A program made the position numbers and the translations under genes. Source: Macrostomum hystrix (lineage: Eukaryota; Animalia; Platyhelminthes). From it: 64,000 nt of DNA. Positions 11,855-23,142 of this stretch are shown here, piece by piece (position 1 is the stretch's first letter; each line of letters starts with the position of its first letter). The DNA is taken from the NCBI GenBank assembly GCA_950097015.1, contig CATNEN010000033.1, forward strand, positions 2,418,001 to 2,482,000. The letters are read 5' to 3'. A model generated the notes under the pieces. That model saw nothing but the letters and a program-made list of their open reading frames with translations, did not search any database and was not told the DNA's origin.

Positions 11855-12109
11855 ATTCTCCATGAAGCTGAGGGTGTAGCCGGAGTTCACGAATGCCGGG
11901 TTCTGATCGTCCGCGTCACTGATCCTGACCTCCACTGTGGCGAAGCCAGTCAGCGGGAACGGCACGCTGCCCGGGTCGCTGACCAGCTCGGTTGCGGACA
12001 CATTCAACAAGTACAGCCGCTGGCCAGCGTCATAGTCCAGTAAGCCGCTGACTCGGATGATGCCCGAGGTGGCGCTATTGGGCATGTTGAATCTGCCATT
12101 GGCTCCAGA
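11855..12109 (-). CDS. Cadherin-like gene exon 4 (EC2; LLDYD...DADDQNPAF)
   Basis: LDYD and DxNP motifs; cccag acceptor and gtgagc donor; 255 nt. Confidence 0.9.
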
Positions 12110-12345
12110 CTGGGGTGGGTGATGCGAGGGTGAGGTTGTTGTCCGGCATGTTGAAGCTATCATTGGCTCCGGAATGGAGATGGGTGTTGGGAGCTTGGGG
12201 TTGTTGACGGGCATGGTGAATCTGCTATTGGCTCCGCAATGGAGATGGGTGTTTGGAAGTTGGATTTGACCTGCCATTGGCTCAGGGCTAGGGTTGGGTG
12301 TTGGGACGGTGGGGTTGTTGTCGGGCTTGTTTCAGACTGTTGTGA
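12110..12345. repeat. Degenerate roughly 60-70-bp repeats resembling the exon 4 acceptor and exon start
   Basis: On the minus strand GAGCCAATGGCAG..TCAA(C/A)..C recurs three times upstream of the real exon start TCTGGAGCCAATGGCAGATTCAACATGCC. Confidence 0.65.
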
Positions 12346-12534
12346 GTGAAGCCTTTGAGACTGGTATGTCATTTACGCTGGTACATTCAATTAGATAATA
12401 ACGCATGTACCTGCGATATGATAAAATAGACATTTCAATAATTAATTTTCTTTAGAGTTGGGAAATTGTGTCTCCTTAGATTTTTATTTCACTCCCATTC
12501 CAATAAACTTTTGTACGAGTATGTGGTATTTTGA

Positions 12535-15500
12535 TGCAGCAGCTGCGGCAAGGCCAACCATCTGGCCAAGGCCTGCCTCAGCAGCCGCTCGAAGATCAAC
12601 TCACTGCAGCCCGAGCAGGACCAGCCAGCCAACCAAACACCCAACGAGGTGTTCTGCACGCTCAGCGACAAGGACGACAGCGCCAAGTTCGTCATCAGCA
12701 TCAACGGCAGTCCGGTCCGCACACTGATCGACAGCGGAGCGAGCTGCAACGTGCTGGACATGGCGACGTTCCGCAGAATCTGCCGGCCCGGCACGCCGCT
12801 TTCGCCGTCCAGCACCACAGTCTTTGCGCTTGGTGCCAGCGAGCCGCTGAAGACAGCCGGCCAAAAAACGCTCACTGTCAGAGCGAACCACCGCGAATTG
12901 CAGGCCAATTTCATCGTCATCAGCAGCAACTGGACACCCATTCTCGGAAGATCGTCCAGCACAAAGCTCGGCATGCTGAGAGTCGGACCGGAAGTCAGCA
13001 CGAACTCTGCGGTAGTGGCCAGCCTAGCTAAGCCGGCCAGCAGTGAGGACCAGCACCTGCCCAAGCAGCTGCAACTTCAGACAATCCTGGCGGAATTCAG
13101 CGACTGCTTTGAAGGCATCGGATGCGTGAAAGGAGTCAGCGTCACTATCAGGCTCAGGCCAGATGCCACTCCAGTCTGCCAGCCGCCATCCCGAGTGCCC
13201 GTTCACCTAAGGAACGCTGTAATCAAGGAGCTGGAAGATCAACTGGCACTAGGAATCGTCGAACGAGTGCGCGGTACAACAGCCTGGTGCTCCAGGATGG
13301 TCGCAGTTCCAAAGGCCGAGCAGGGCGAGGTCCGCATCACCCAGGACCTCCGCGAGGTGAACAAGTACGTCATCCCAGAAAAGCAGCCTATACCCACATT
13401 CGAAGAGGTGACGGACGAGATGGCCGGCGCGACCTATTTCTCGGAGCTGGACGTCGCCAAAGCCTTCCACCAAATTGAAGCCGCCGAGGAGTCCAGAGAA
13501 CTGCTAACATTCTCCTCACCCATCGGGCTCCTGCGGCTGCGCCGGCTCTGCATGGGCTTCACATCCGCCTCCGAGATCCTCCAGCGGGTGATGACCTCCG
13601 TCCTGAGCGGCCTCCCCGGCGTCCGCTGGGTGCACGACGACATCCTGGTGTACGCGAAAAACATTGAAGAGCACAACCAGCGCCTGCGAGACTGCCTGGC
13701 CCGGTTGAAGGCCAGCAACATCACCTTGAACCCCAAGAAGTGCCGCTTCGCCCGGCCAGAGGTCGACTTTCTCGCCATGCGGCTCTCTGCATGCGGCATC
13801 CACCCAAGCGCCGAGAAAGTAGCGGCCATCAACAACTTCAAGCGGCCGACCAACGCGACCGAGGTTCGCTCCTTCCTCGGCCTCGTCACCTTCGTGGCGC
13901 GCTTCATCAGCAACCTGTCTGACAGGGCCCGGCCACTCCGCGAGCTGACAAGGCAGGCCGCCGAGTGGACGTGGGGCGAAAAGCAAGAGGACGCATTCAA
14001 CGACATCAAACAGACGATCGCCAGCAGCCACGCGCTGGCGTTCTTCAACAGTGAGCTGCAGACTCAGCTAATCGTGGACGCCAGCCCCACAGGTGTCGGC
14101 GCCATCCTTGCCCAAGTCCAGCCCGACGGATCGACGCGGCCGGTGGCATACGCGAGCCGCAGCCTCAGCCCGACCGAGCAGCGCTACTCCCAGACGGAGC
14201 GGGAGGCCCTCGCGGTGAAGTACGGCGGCCTGAAGTTCTACCACTACCTCAGCGGGGGTGGCAGTTTCAAGGTCATCACCGACCACAAGCCGCTGATATC
14301 CCTGTTCAGCACGGGGTCTCGGCCGCCACCCCGCATTGAGCGCATGGCGCTGCGACTGCAAGACTGTCTTCCAGGTCGTGTACCAGCCCGGCGCCGGCAA
14401 CCCGTCTGACGTCCTGAGCCGCCAGCCGCTGCCAATGCCACCAAATAACGTCGGCGAGCAGGCGGACGCGATCTACGTGGCCACGGCAGTCCAAGCTGCC
14501 ACTCCGGTGTCCATCAGCCTGGGCACCATCAAGGCGGCCTCCGAACGAGACGGCACGGTACAAGCAGCGCTGCACGCCATCCGCGGCCACCAATGGGACA
14601 AGAGTGACACGTGCCTGCAGGGACTCCATGGCGTATCCCACGAACTATCCGAGCTGAACGGCCTGCTGCTGCGCGGCAGTCAGCTGTACATGCCGACGAC
14701 TCTGCGATACCGGTGCATGCAGCTGGCCCACCAGGGACACCAGGGCGTCAAAAAAACGCTCGACCGCCTGCAAGCGAAGGTCTGGTGGCCATGCATGCGA
14801 GCATCCGTGGAGGCGCACGTAGCAGCCTGCACCAGCTGCCTGACCTGCACCAGCGAGACCTCACCGAAAGCCACGCCGCTAAAGCCGACCGAACTGCCGG
14901 AGGGCCCTTGGCTCGAGCTGGGGCTCGACTTCCTCGGACCGCGCAAGCCGCGAATTGGCAAGCCACCGCGCAAGCCGCGATCCTGCTCCAACAGCTGGCC
15001 AGCGAGCACAGGCCAACGGTCATCTGGATCCCAGGGCACGCAGGCCTTGCGCTTAACGAGGCCGCCGATGAGCTGGCCCGGAGAGGGTCCGCCATGCAGC
15101 AAGACCCCCAGCCAGTCCCCGTGTCGGCCGCCAGGGCCGCCCTCCGTCGCCAGGGACGAGCGGCCGAATTGGCTGAGTGTAACCAGCTGGTTCCGGCGGA
15201 CCACCCCCACAGGCTCTGCGGCGGAGCGCAGTTCATCCAACGGCCAGGCTGGCCGCGGACGGCCGAGGTGGCGCTGTACCAGCTTCGGGCCAACCGGGCG
15301 CCCTTCCTGCAGGCCACCCGGCATCGCTGGGGCCGCGACCCAACCGCTGCCTGCCCGCACTGCAATGCCCCCGAAGAAGACACCCGGCATTTCCTGTTAG
15401 ACTGCCCCAGGTGGGCGGAGGAGCGCCGGCTTCACATCCCAGAGGCTATCAACGGCTCTATGTCCCCACTGCAGAACGACCCAGAAGGGGTGCGGGCCTT

Positions 15501-16453
15501 CGTCGAGGCGTCGGGCGCGCTGGCGCGCCCCCCGTATGCCTAGCGAGGGATCCGAACCAACACACACACACACACTTCCTCGGACCGATAAACGGCAAGT
15601 CGCTGCTCGTCTGTACGGACCACTTCTCCAGGTTCCCGCTCGTGGAGGTCATGGCCAGCACCACCGCCTCCGCCGTCATCAACGTGCTACGCCGGTGGTT
15701 TAGCATCTTCGGGCAGCCGACAAAGGTGACCACAGACAATGGCCCACCCTTCGCATCGGCCGAGTTCAGCAGCTTCCTGATGGATCAGGGCGCACGGCAC
15801 CATCGGATCACGCCTCTCTACCCTCAGGCCAACGGCGCAACGGAGCGGTGCAATCAAGGGCTAAACAAGGCTATCCGCGCAGCGATCGTCGAAGGCAGGG
15901 ACTGGACACTGGCCCTGCCTTAGCAGCGTACCTGGCAGCGTACAGACGCACTCCGCACTGCTCCACGGGCGTCGCGCCGGCCAGTCTGTTATTTGGCAGG
16001 CAGATCAACGATGTGATCCCGAGTCTCCGACACTCGCAGCCCGTCAACGCGACTAGAGCGGCCATTGCCGACAGCGACAGCCAGGCCAAGGAGGCGATGA
16101 AGCGGCACGCCGACCGACGCTTCAGAGCCGCCGACCACGGCATTCGCGCCGGCGACCGCGTCCTGAGGCGCCAGCAGCCCCGGCAAAAGACAGACGCCTT
16201 CTACGAGTCGGCGCCGTGGACCGTGGCCGAGGTGCAAGGCGACTCCCTGCTCATGCAGCGCGACGACGCCGTCTGCCGCAGGCACGCCACGCAGGTCAAG
16301 CGGCTCCCCGGGCAGCCTGAGCAGTCCGATCAGCAGCCGCCAAAACCGCCTGACGCCCCTGAGCTCGCGGAGCCAGTCGCAGCCCGGCCCCACCCCCGGC
16401 GGGCGAAGGACCCAGAGAGGAACTACAGAGAACCCGACCTTCGCAGAAGCTGA
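12535..16453 (+). pseudogene. Disrupted Gypsy gag-pol
   Basis: Frameshifts near 14365 (RMALRLQD to FQVVYQPG) and near 15915; the integrase is interrupted by a 632-bp insertion. Confidence 0.85.
14942..15573 (+). mobile_element. 5'-truncated non-LTR retrotransposon (I-group-like: RNase H plus C-terminal CCHC) inserted in the Gypsy integrase
   Basis: WIPGHAGLALNEAAD RNase H motif; CPHC...HFLLDC knuckle; stop at 15541-15543; (CA)n tail; flanked by 14-bp duplication ACTTCCTCGGACCG (14928-14941 and 15574-15587). Confidence 0.88.
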
Positions 16454-16568
16454 ATTGCTTGATTGACAGACTGAATTTACAAGGACTGTTCGAAAAACAA
16501 TTACATTGTTGCCTGCTACTACTTCTTTCATTTTATTCCCTATTATTTTTCATCCACTTGAGGAGGAC

Positions 16569-16787
16569 TGTCATGCCGTAGTCTACTAGCTCACGCATCG
16601 CTTTGCCGGTCAAGCTAATATGTACATATCACTAACTCTCGCTCACTATGTGCATGCCCCCCACGCGCACGTTGATCGTAGCGGTGGCACGTTGAGACAA
16701 CGTTGAGACAACATAAATACAGTCTCGCCCTACTTAGAGGGCTCACCTTTTCTTCGCACCACACAGCGTGACTCTTGAGTTATTACA
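16569..16787 (+). repeat. 3' LTR of the truncated Gypsy (about 219 bp, TGTCAT...ATTACA)
   Basis: TG..CA ends with a near-inverted terminal repeat, preceded by GAGGAGGAC; no second copy is available to confirm the ends. Confidence 0.6.
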
Positions 16788-17457
16788 GAGCTAAGCAAAA
16801 TATTTGCGAATATTTTGCTAGGTTTTTTATGTTTTTTTTGCTCAAATAAGATGCCCTTTGTGACTGTTGAGAAGCTGAGAAGCAACTAGGGCAAATAAAC
16901 AAGCTCGTTGAAGATGATGCTACTTGAGATCAATGCGCTTCACTGCCGAAATTCAGAAAAACAAAGGCAATTTTATAAGTCACTGCGAAACGGGAAGTGG
17001 AGAAGAAGAGAAGTGTCCCATTGCAGAGAAGCAGCGAGATGATAAACAGAAGCAGACGGGGTGTGGAGAGAGATTAATTGCATTATTTAGCCAAAGAGAA
17101 TGCGAATCGTTTTCATGCTTTTGACTGACAGGCCTAGAGCTGTCATTCAAATAATAATGGCAAACATTTTAACAAAACGGTTTATATTTAGCCGGGCTGC
17201 AGAAGAGTCCAGGCAAAATCATGAAAGTATGTTCAATTTTAATGGGATCCAGTCTGCATTAAATCTGAATTTATACTATAGATTTCCTTTTTAAGATAAA
17301 AAGAGATTAAAAATAGTAAAACCTAAGTACTGCTGTACCTACAGCATCACAAGGTACTCCTGCCCAAGGACCACTAGTTAGTTTTACTTTACTTTAGTAG
17401 CGTAAAGTAAAGTAAAGTGAAGTAAAGTAAAGTAGAGGCAAGTCCTTTAGTAGTACT

Positions 17458-18795
17458 CTTGCCCTGCCCTCCCCAGCCATCACTTCACCAGCAACCTCAC
17501 TCCCAGCCCTGCCCAGCCATCACTTGACCAGCAACCTCACTCCCAGCCCTCCCCAGCCATCACTTGACCAGCAACCTCACTCCCAGCCCTGCCCAGCCAT
17601 CACTTGAACAGCAACCTCACTCCCAGCCCTCCCCAGCCATCACTTGACCAGCAACCTCACTCCCAGCCCTCCCCAGCCATCACTTGACCAGCAACCTCAC
17701 TCCCAGCCCTCCCCAGCCATCACTTCACCAGCAACCTCACTCCCAGCCCTGCCCAGCCATCACTTGACCAGCAACCTCACTCCCAGCCCTCCCCAGCCAT
17801 CACTTGACCAGCAACCTCACTCCCAGCCCTGCCCAGCCATCACTTGACCTGCAACCTCACTCCCAGCCCTGCCCAGCCATCACTTGACCAGCAACCTCAC
17901 TCCCAGCCCTGCCCAGCCATTACTTGACCAGCAACCTCACTCCCATGGCCCTGCCCAGCCATCACTTGACCAGCAACCTCACTCCCATGGCCCTGCCCAG
18001 CCATCACTTGACCAGCAACCTCACTCCCAGCCCAGCCCAGCCATCACTTGACCAGCAACCTCACTCCCAGCCATCACTTGACCAGCAACCTCACTCCCAG
18101 CCCTGCCCAGCCATCACTTGACCAGCAACCTCACTCCCAGCCCTGCCCAGCTATCACTTGACCAGCAACCTCACTCCCAGCCATCACTTGACCAGCAACC
18201 TCACTCCCAGCCCTCCACAGCCATCACTTGACCAGCAACCTCACTCCCAGCCCTCCACAGCCATCACTTGACCAGCAAACTCACTCCCAGCCCAGCCCAG
18301 CCATCACTTGACCAGCAACCTCACTCCCAGCCATCACTTGACCAGCAACCTCACTCCCAGCTATTACTTGACCAGCAACCTCACTCCCAGCCCTCCCCAG
18401 CCATCACTTGACCAGCAACCTCACTCCCAGCCCAGCCCAGCCATCACTTGACCAGCAACCTCACTCCCAGCCATCACTTGACCAGCAACCTCACTCCCAG
18501 CCATTACTTGACCAGCAACCTCACTCCCAGCCATTACTTGACCAGCAACCTCACTCCCAGCCATTACTTGACCAGCAACCTCACTCCCAGCCATTACTTG
18601 ACCAGCAACCTCACTCCCAGCCCTCCCCAGCCATCACTTGACCAGCAACCTCACTCTCAGCCATCACTTGACCAGCAACCTCACTCTCAGCCATCACTTG
18701 ACCAGCAACCTCACTCCCAGCCATTACTTGACCAGCAACCTCACTCCCAGCCCTCCCCAGCCATCACTTGACCAGCAACCTCACTCCCAGCCATC
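17458..18795. repeat. 30/40-bp minisatellite (CCAGCCATCACTTGACCAGCAACCTCACTC, with or without CCAGCCCTGC)
   Basis: Mixed 30- and 40-bp units in cadherin intron 3. Confidence 0.95.
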
Positions 18796-18895
18796 AGGTG
18801 ACCATTTAACCCCTCGTTTCCTTCGTTTCTTAACCAGGAAAAATATTTTCGAAGAATAATAATTACTAAAATAGTAACGAAACATAAGGACTCAC

Positions 18896-18988
18896 CAGTA
18901 AAAGAAAGTTGAATGTGAGTTGGTTGCTTTTATCCGCATCCTTTACGTAGCTATTCAGCTGAATGACAAAATCCCCAATCGACGCAGC
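18896..18988 (-). CDS. Cadherin-like gene exon 3 (start of EC2; AASIGDFVIQL...KDADK)
   Basis: ttttcag acceptor and ctg|gtgagt donor; 93 nt, phase 0/0; DAD motif. Confidence 0.85.
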
Positions 18989-19444
18989 CTGAAAAGTACA
19001 GGACAACAAACTCGCTTGCGCACCAGAATTTACTGCTGAAGGCTTTTATCGGAGTTAATAGCGCGGAGTGGCTTCATTGTTGCATTTTTTACTGATTGCG
19101 GCCAAAGACTGCTAATAAAATGGACCCCAAGCTTTTCACGCTCGACAAAAAGCCACTCGTAAAACTTTATGGGCAAAAAACTTGATTAAAAATAGCCCGT
19201 GAGCAGCAACCATGACAACAAATATCTGGAAGTCCATTTAAAGCTAGTTCTATTTCAGAAATTAGATTTACGGAAATTATAAATTTATAACTAGCTCATA
19301 CGAGCTAATTATACGTCCCACCTAAAGTAGACACCGTGAATACTTTTTTAATCCTAAAGTAGCTCGTATTTCCTGAATCTCCACAACATCATTGAAATTT
19401 ACGACTCCGCTGTATACTCTGGAGTGGGAATTTTACGGATTGTA

Positions 19445-19700
19445 AAATCGGCTGACTAACCACCTCACTTCCTGCCCCACTCCCAATTGTCTGACCTGCC
19501 ACCTCACTCCCTGCCCCTCTCTTAATTGGCTGACTGACCACCTCACTCCCTGCCCCTCTCTTAATTGGCTGACTGACCACCTCACTCCCTGCCCCTCTCT
19601 TAATTGGCTGACTGACCACCTCACTCCCTGCCGCTCTCCTAATTGGCTGACTGACCACCTCACTCCTTGCCGCTGTCCTAAATGGCTGAATAACCACCTC
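19445..19700. repeat. 39-bp minisatellite (CTGACTGACCACCTCACTCCCTGCCCCTCTCTTAATTGG), about 6 copies
   Basis: Period of 39 in cadherin intron 2. Confidence 0.9.
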
Positions 19701-19776
19701 AACTTCTGCAACTGTCTCAAACTGCAAGCTAAACACCCCACAACCCAGCGTTTATCCTCGAATATAGCGGCATCAC

Positions 19777-20147
19777 CTCGGAAACGTTGATGCTGAACGT
19801 GTTGGGTTTAAAAGCCGGTGCGAACTCGTTGATGTCAATCAGGCTGACGAGGACAAAATCAGGAGAGGAGCTGACGCACATCATGAAGACTGACAGAGCT
19901 GCCGGCACGGAGGCCACTGGCGTCGTGGAGCCGTCGCTGCAGGAGGTGAAGTTTTCTAGGTCCAGTGGCTTGGCTAGAACCAGCGCCCCGCCCGTGATGC
20001 TGAGGTAGCAGCTGTACTGGCTCTGGCTCGGGTTGACTGTGAAGCTGCCGCTGTAGCTTGAGTCGATTGGCTGAATGACAAAGCCGACCGCTGCAGACTC
20101 GTTGACAGACCTTGAACGAACGGGACTGTCGGCGCATGCCGCTTCAG
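19777..20147 (-). CDS. Cadherin-like gene exon 2 (EC1; VNES...LDLE...DINEFAPAF)
   Basis: Cadherin motifs; gtgcgcag acceptor and gag|gtgatg donor; 371 nt, phase 1 to 0. Confidence 0.88.
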
Positions 20148-20280
20148 CTGCGCACGGACGGTTGAAAAAGGTCGGCGCACAGATCAATGCGAACCCCAAC
20201 AGTTTGGGAGGCTTGTTTAACTTCCTACCTATACTTCGTAACTTTTTACGCCCCCCTCGCACTGGTGAATGACGGCTTAC

Positions 20281-20359
20281 CCAGCCGAGATCGCAGAGCA
20301 GTCCATTGCAGAACGCTGCAGCACAGGGCGACCAATAAGCGCCAGCTGGAGTCCCGCAT
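20281..20359 (-). CDS. Cadherin-like gene exon 1, signal peptide (MRDSSWRLLVALCCSVLQWTALRSRL)
   Basis: ATG, hydrophobic core and g|gtaagc donor. The 12 exons join to 2550 nt, giving 849 aa plus stop with no phase conflict. Confidence 0.8.
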
Positions 20360-21359
20360 GGTCTCTGCGAGTTGGTTGCGCAAGAAACAAAGCCGGCGAA
20401 TATTGCGAGTTTCACAAACGAACTCTTGCAAAGCAATCGGAAAAAAAGTATTTGAGAAAGATATGTCTATTTGTCAGTGTGCGATGGGGAAAATTGAGCC
20501 CATGCAGAAATAGCTCATTGCTCCCAGCTTGATCAGGTATTGTTCTGCTCAATCAGTTGTTTTGCAACTTTGTTAACGGGCCCGCAGCTTAAGTTAACTG
20601 CGCTACGATTTGTTCCACACCTCCCCCCAACAACAACTGGCCAGGAAAACTGGCTCCCACTGCGCACACTCCCAGCTGTTCTCCGTCATCAAAGCAGTTG
20701 CTAATGGCAACGCGCAAGGACTGTGTTGCGATGCAGTTGCGGAGGGATGAGGATGTGGAAACGGTAGTGAAGAGGAGAGGGAGACACGAGACAGTCGTCA
20801 CAAAAAGGGCTTGATTCCACCACATGGCATAGAAAACTATAATAGTTTAGGACGAGTGTCAAAGCCGCGACAAAGAGAGAAAATCTTTTACGAAAAAAGC
20901 ACTGTGCCTTGACAAAACTTTATCGGCTCCAATGCACAGATGACCTGCCTGTCCTGATTGGCTGAGGAGGATCCAACCCCTAAGGGTGGCTGGAATTCAA
21001 CACCGCGAGAACACGCTGCTTGCTTGCATACAATCTTCTTCTGAGTGCTCTCAGAAAACCCCACTGGAAGCTGGATGAGGGTCATTGTGGCTGCATGGCG
21101 CTAAGTCTTCAATCACCCTGCCCCCTCACTACCCCTCTCTTTGTGAGTGCGTTAAGTTTTATAGATTTTTTCGCTCATAAAAATTCCACATTATTATTAT
21201 ACTATTGCAGTTGGACAGGGTTTTCTCCATTGTATCATCTGCACCCATACATGCTATACGGCATCCGCTTGACAACAATGAAAACTGCGACTGTATTGTT
21301 GGAAATACGCCCTATGATACAATAGAACGCACAAAGCAAATATTGAGTCCAATTATTAT

Positions 21360-21590
21360 GTCATGTCAGGGAAGTATTTGCCTCTTGCACCAAGGTCGCT
21401 GAGTTCGATTCGCCGCGGCGAAGCTAAATTTATTTAGGGTGCAGCCGCTGAGAGAATTGGCATGGGGGTTCTCGTTCAATTCACACCAACCTCCAAGGCA
21501 CAGTGAAAGTTTAAACTTCCTGACGATGAAAAAGTCAGGGCAGACCTCTGTGGAGCATGTGCCTGCTTACGGTGCACGTGTGCTTACTAT
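21360..21590 (+). mobile_element. tRNA-derived SINE-like family A, copy 1 (degenerate)
   Basis: Shares TTTGCCTCT(T/C)GCAC..GGTC.CTGAG.TCGATTC, CCAACCTCCAAGG and AAAGTCAGGGCAGA with the copies at 42713-43060 and 52920-53210; B-box GAGTTCGATTC. Confidence 0.65.
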
Positions 21591-22900
21591 GTATATTTTA
21601 GTTTAGCTTTAAAATTAGACAGTTAAATGTGCTCATTTTACTTTCTTATTGTCATTTCTTATTTTTCATATTTTATTTTATACTTTCGATTTAGACAGCA
21701 AACTGAATAAGAGTATTTTGGCAAATAAGTCCAATGCACATAGAAAGTTCCTGATAGAAAGAATGAATTTAAATAGAGCGGTGTTTATGACTAAATAACG
21801 ATAAAGAGAATAACAAAATATGATAAAATTAAAGTCGAATTCTGTAAAGTCAGTAAAAAGTGTTGTTAATTATTTTTTGAAAATTACTCACAAACATTCG
21901 GAGAGAAATTCTTAACAAAAAATTAGAACCTTCAGTAACTAGACAGTTTTATTTTAACTTGCACTGTTCATTTTCTTTTTTTCGTCTCTTGCTACACAAG
22001 GGCCTGGGAAATATGTGAAATTGTGAAGTCTGTTGTCTATTTAGGATGTGTTATATTTGAGAAGGGACTTTGTCTTATTACAGAAGCATTCTATTAGCTC
22101 TCTGCTCCAATACAAACAATGAAATAGCCATGCATGGAAACTAAAGTGCTGTACAACCATATTATACAAGCTCACTAGTATTTTCAAAGTGAAGTGGTTC
22201 AATTTGTCTTACTATAAAAATAATAATTAGTTAACTTCATGAAATCATCACAAACTATAATGCATCCATATTTATGTTATAAACAGAGAGACCTATAAGT
22301 ATGGAAAGCTATTAAACTGCAGACAATATTTAAAAGCTATATAGGTATGTCATTACTTTAGCTAGTTGACGCTTATTGAAGCAGTACTAATAGTGTTGGC
22401 TTTAGTATTTTATATGAAAAATGAACAAATGTAAGTCTTAAGTATTTATATACTACTATGGGACCGCCACATTTAATAGTGTCTACTATTAAAAAGATTT
22501 CATACTGTAATGTTGTATTTTTGTTTAAAATTATTTTCTATCAGACAATAAAAAAGTCAAGCATATGTTTTAAAGAGTGATATAAAATAGAAGGGGTAAA
22601 TGACTTTGTTTTCATCTGTGGGTGCTCAAATAGATATCAACAAATAAATTATATTAATTCTACAAATTATACACAAATTTATTAATTTCACCAATTATAG
22701 TATAATTATTATGGCTAAGATTGTATTTTAGGAAACTCTTAAATTTCCATATTTTATTACTAAAGGAGCATGAAGTTGCAGTTGTTTTTTCGTGGATTAC
22801 TTTTGATTATAAATAATTTTAATCATGCTACTTAGGTTATTACTATTTTTAGTGTAAAACACTAAACTTCACTTGCAATTTCACTGTTGAAAATGACTAT

Positions 22901-23091
22901 TGTTGTGTGTCGCGTTTTATAATCCATTACTAAATCAATATGCTAACTTGCTCTATGTACATGCCACACTGTACAATGCCTAAGTGTACAATTCAACTCG
23001 CATCGCTTGACAATATATAATTCTCACTTTGGCCAACTTGGGCCTTAAGAGTTTTGTCGTGCCTAAATGTCTCGCTTGTTCCAACTTAACA
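22901..23091 (+). repeat. 5' LTR of the intact Gypsy
   Basis: Base-for-base match with 27740-27930 on manual comparison. Confidence 0.95.
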
Positions 23092-23142
23092 TGTCGTCGC
23101 AAGCATAAAGTACTTTTGCCCAATAGCCAAGCAAGCTAGCTA

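Larger units (their letters stand above)
12535..16787 (+). mobile_element. 5'-truncated Ty3/Gypsy LTR retrotransposon (Mag-like), antisense within cadherin intron 3
   Basis: Starts at a gag CCHC knuckle (CSSCGKANHLAKAC); protease LIDSGA; RT VHDD; RNase H VDAS; integrase HHCC and DDE; 3' LTR follows a purine tract; no 5' LTR. Confidence 0.92.

Noticed and set aside
14350-14380. Programmed ribosomal frameshift in the truncated Gypsy
   Set aside because: It lies between RNase H and integrase with no slippery heptamer and appears to lack 2 nt of a conserved codon, so mutation or sequencing error is more likely.
14611-15543. 310-aa ORF as a novel integrase-RNase H fusion gene
   Set aside because: The first 110 or so codons are an off-frame reading of the Gypsy integrase; only the inserted LINE part is genuine coding sequence.
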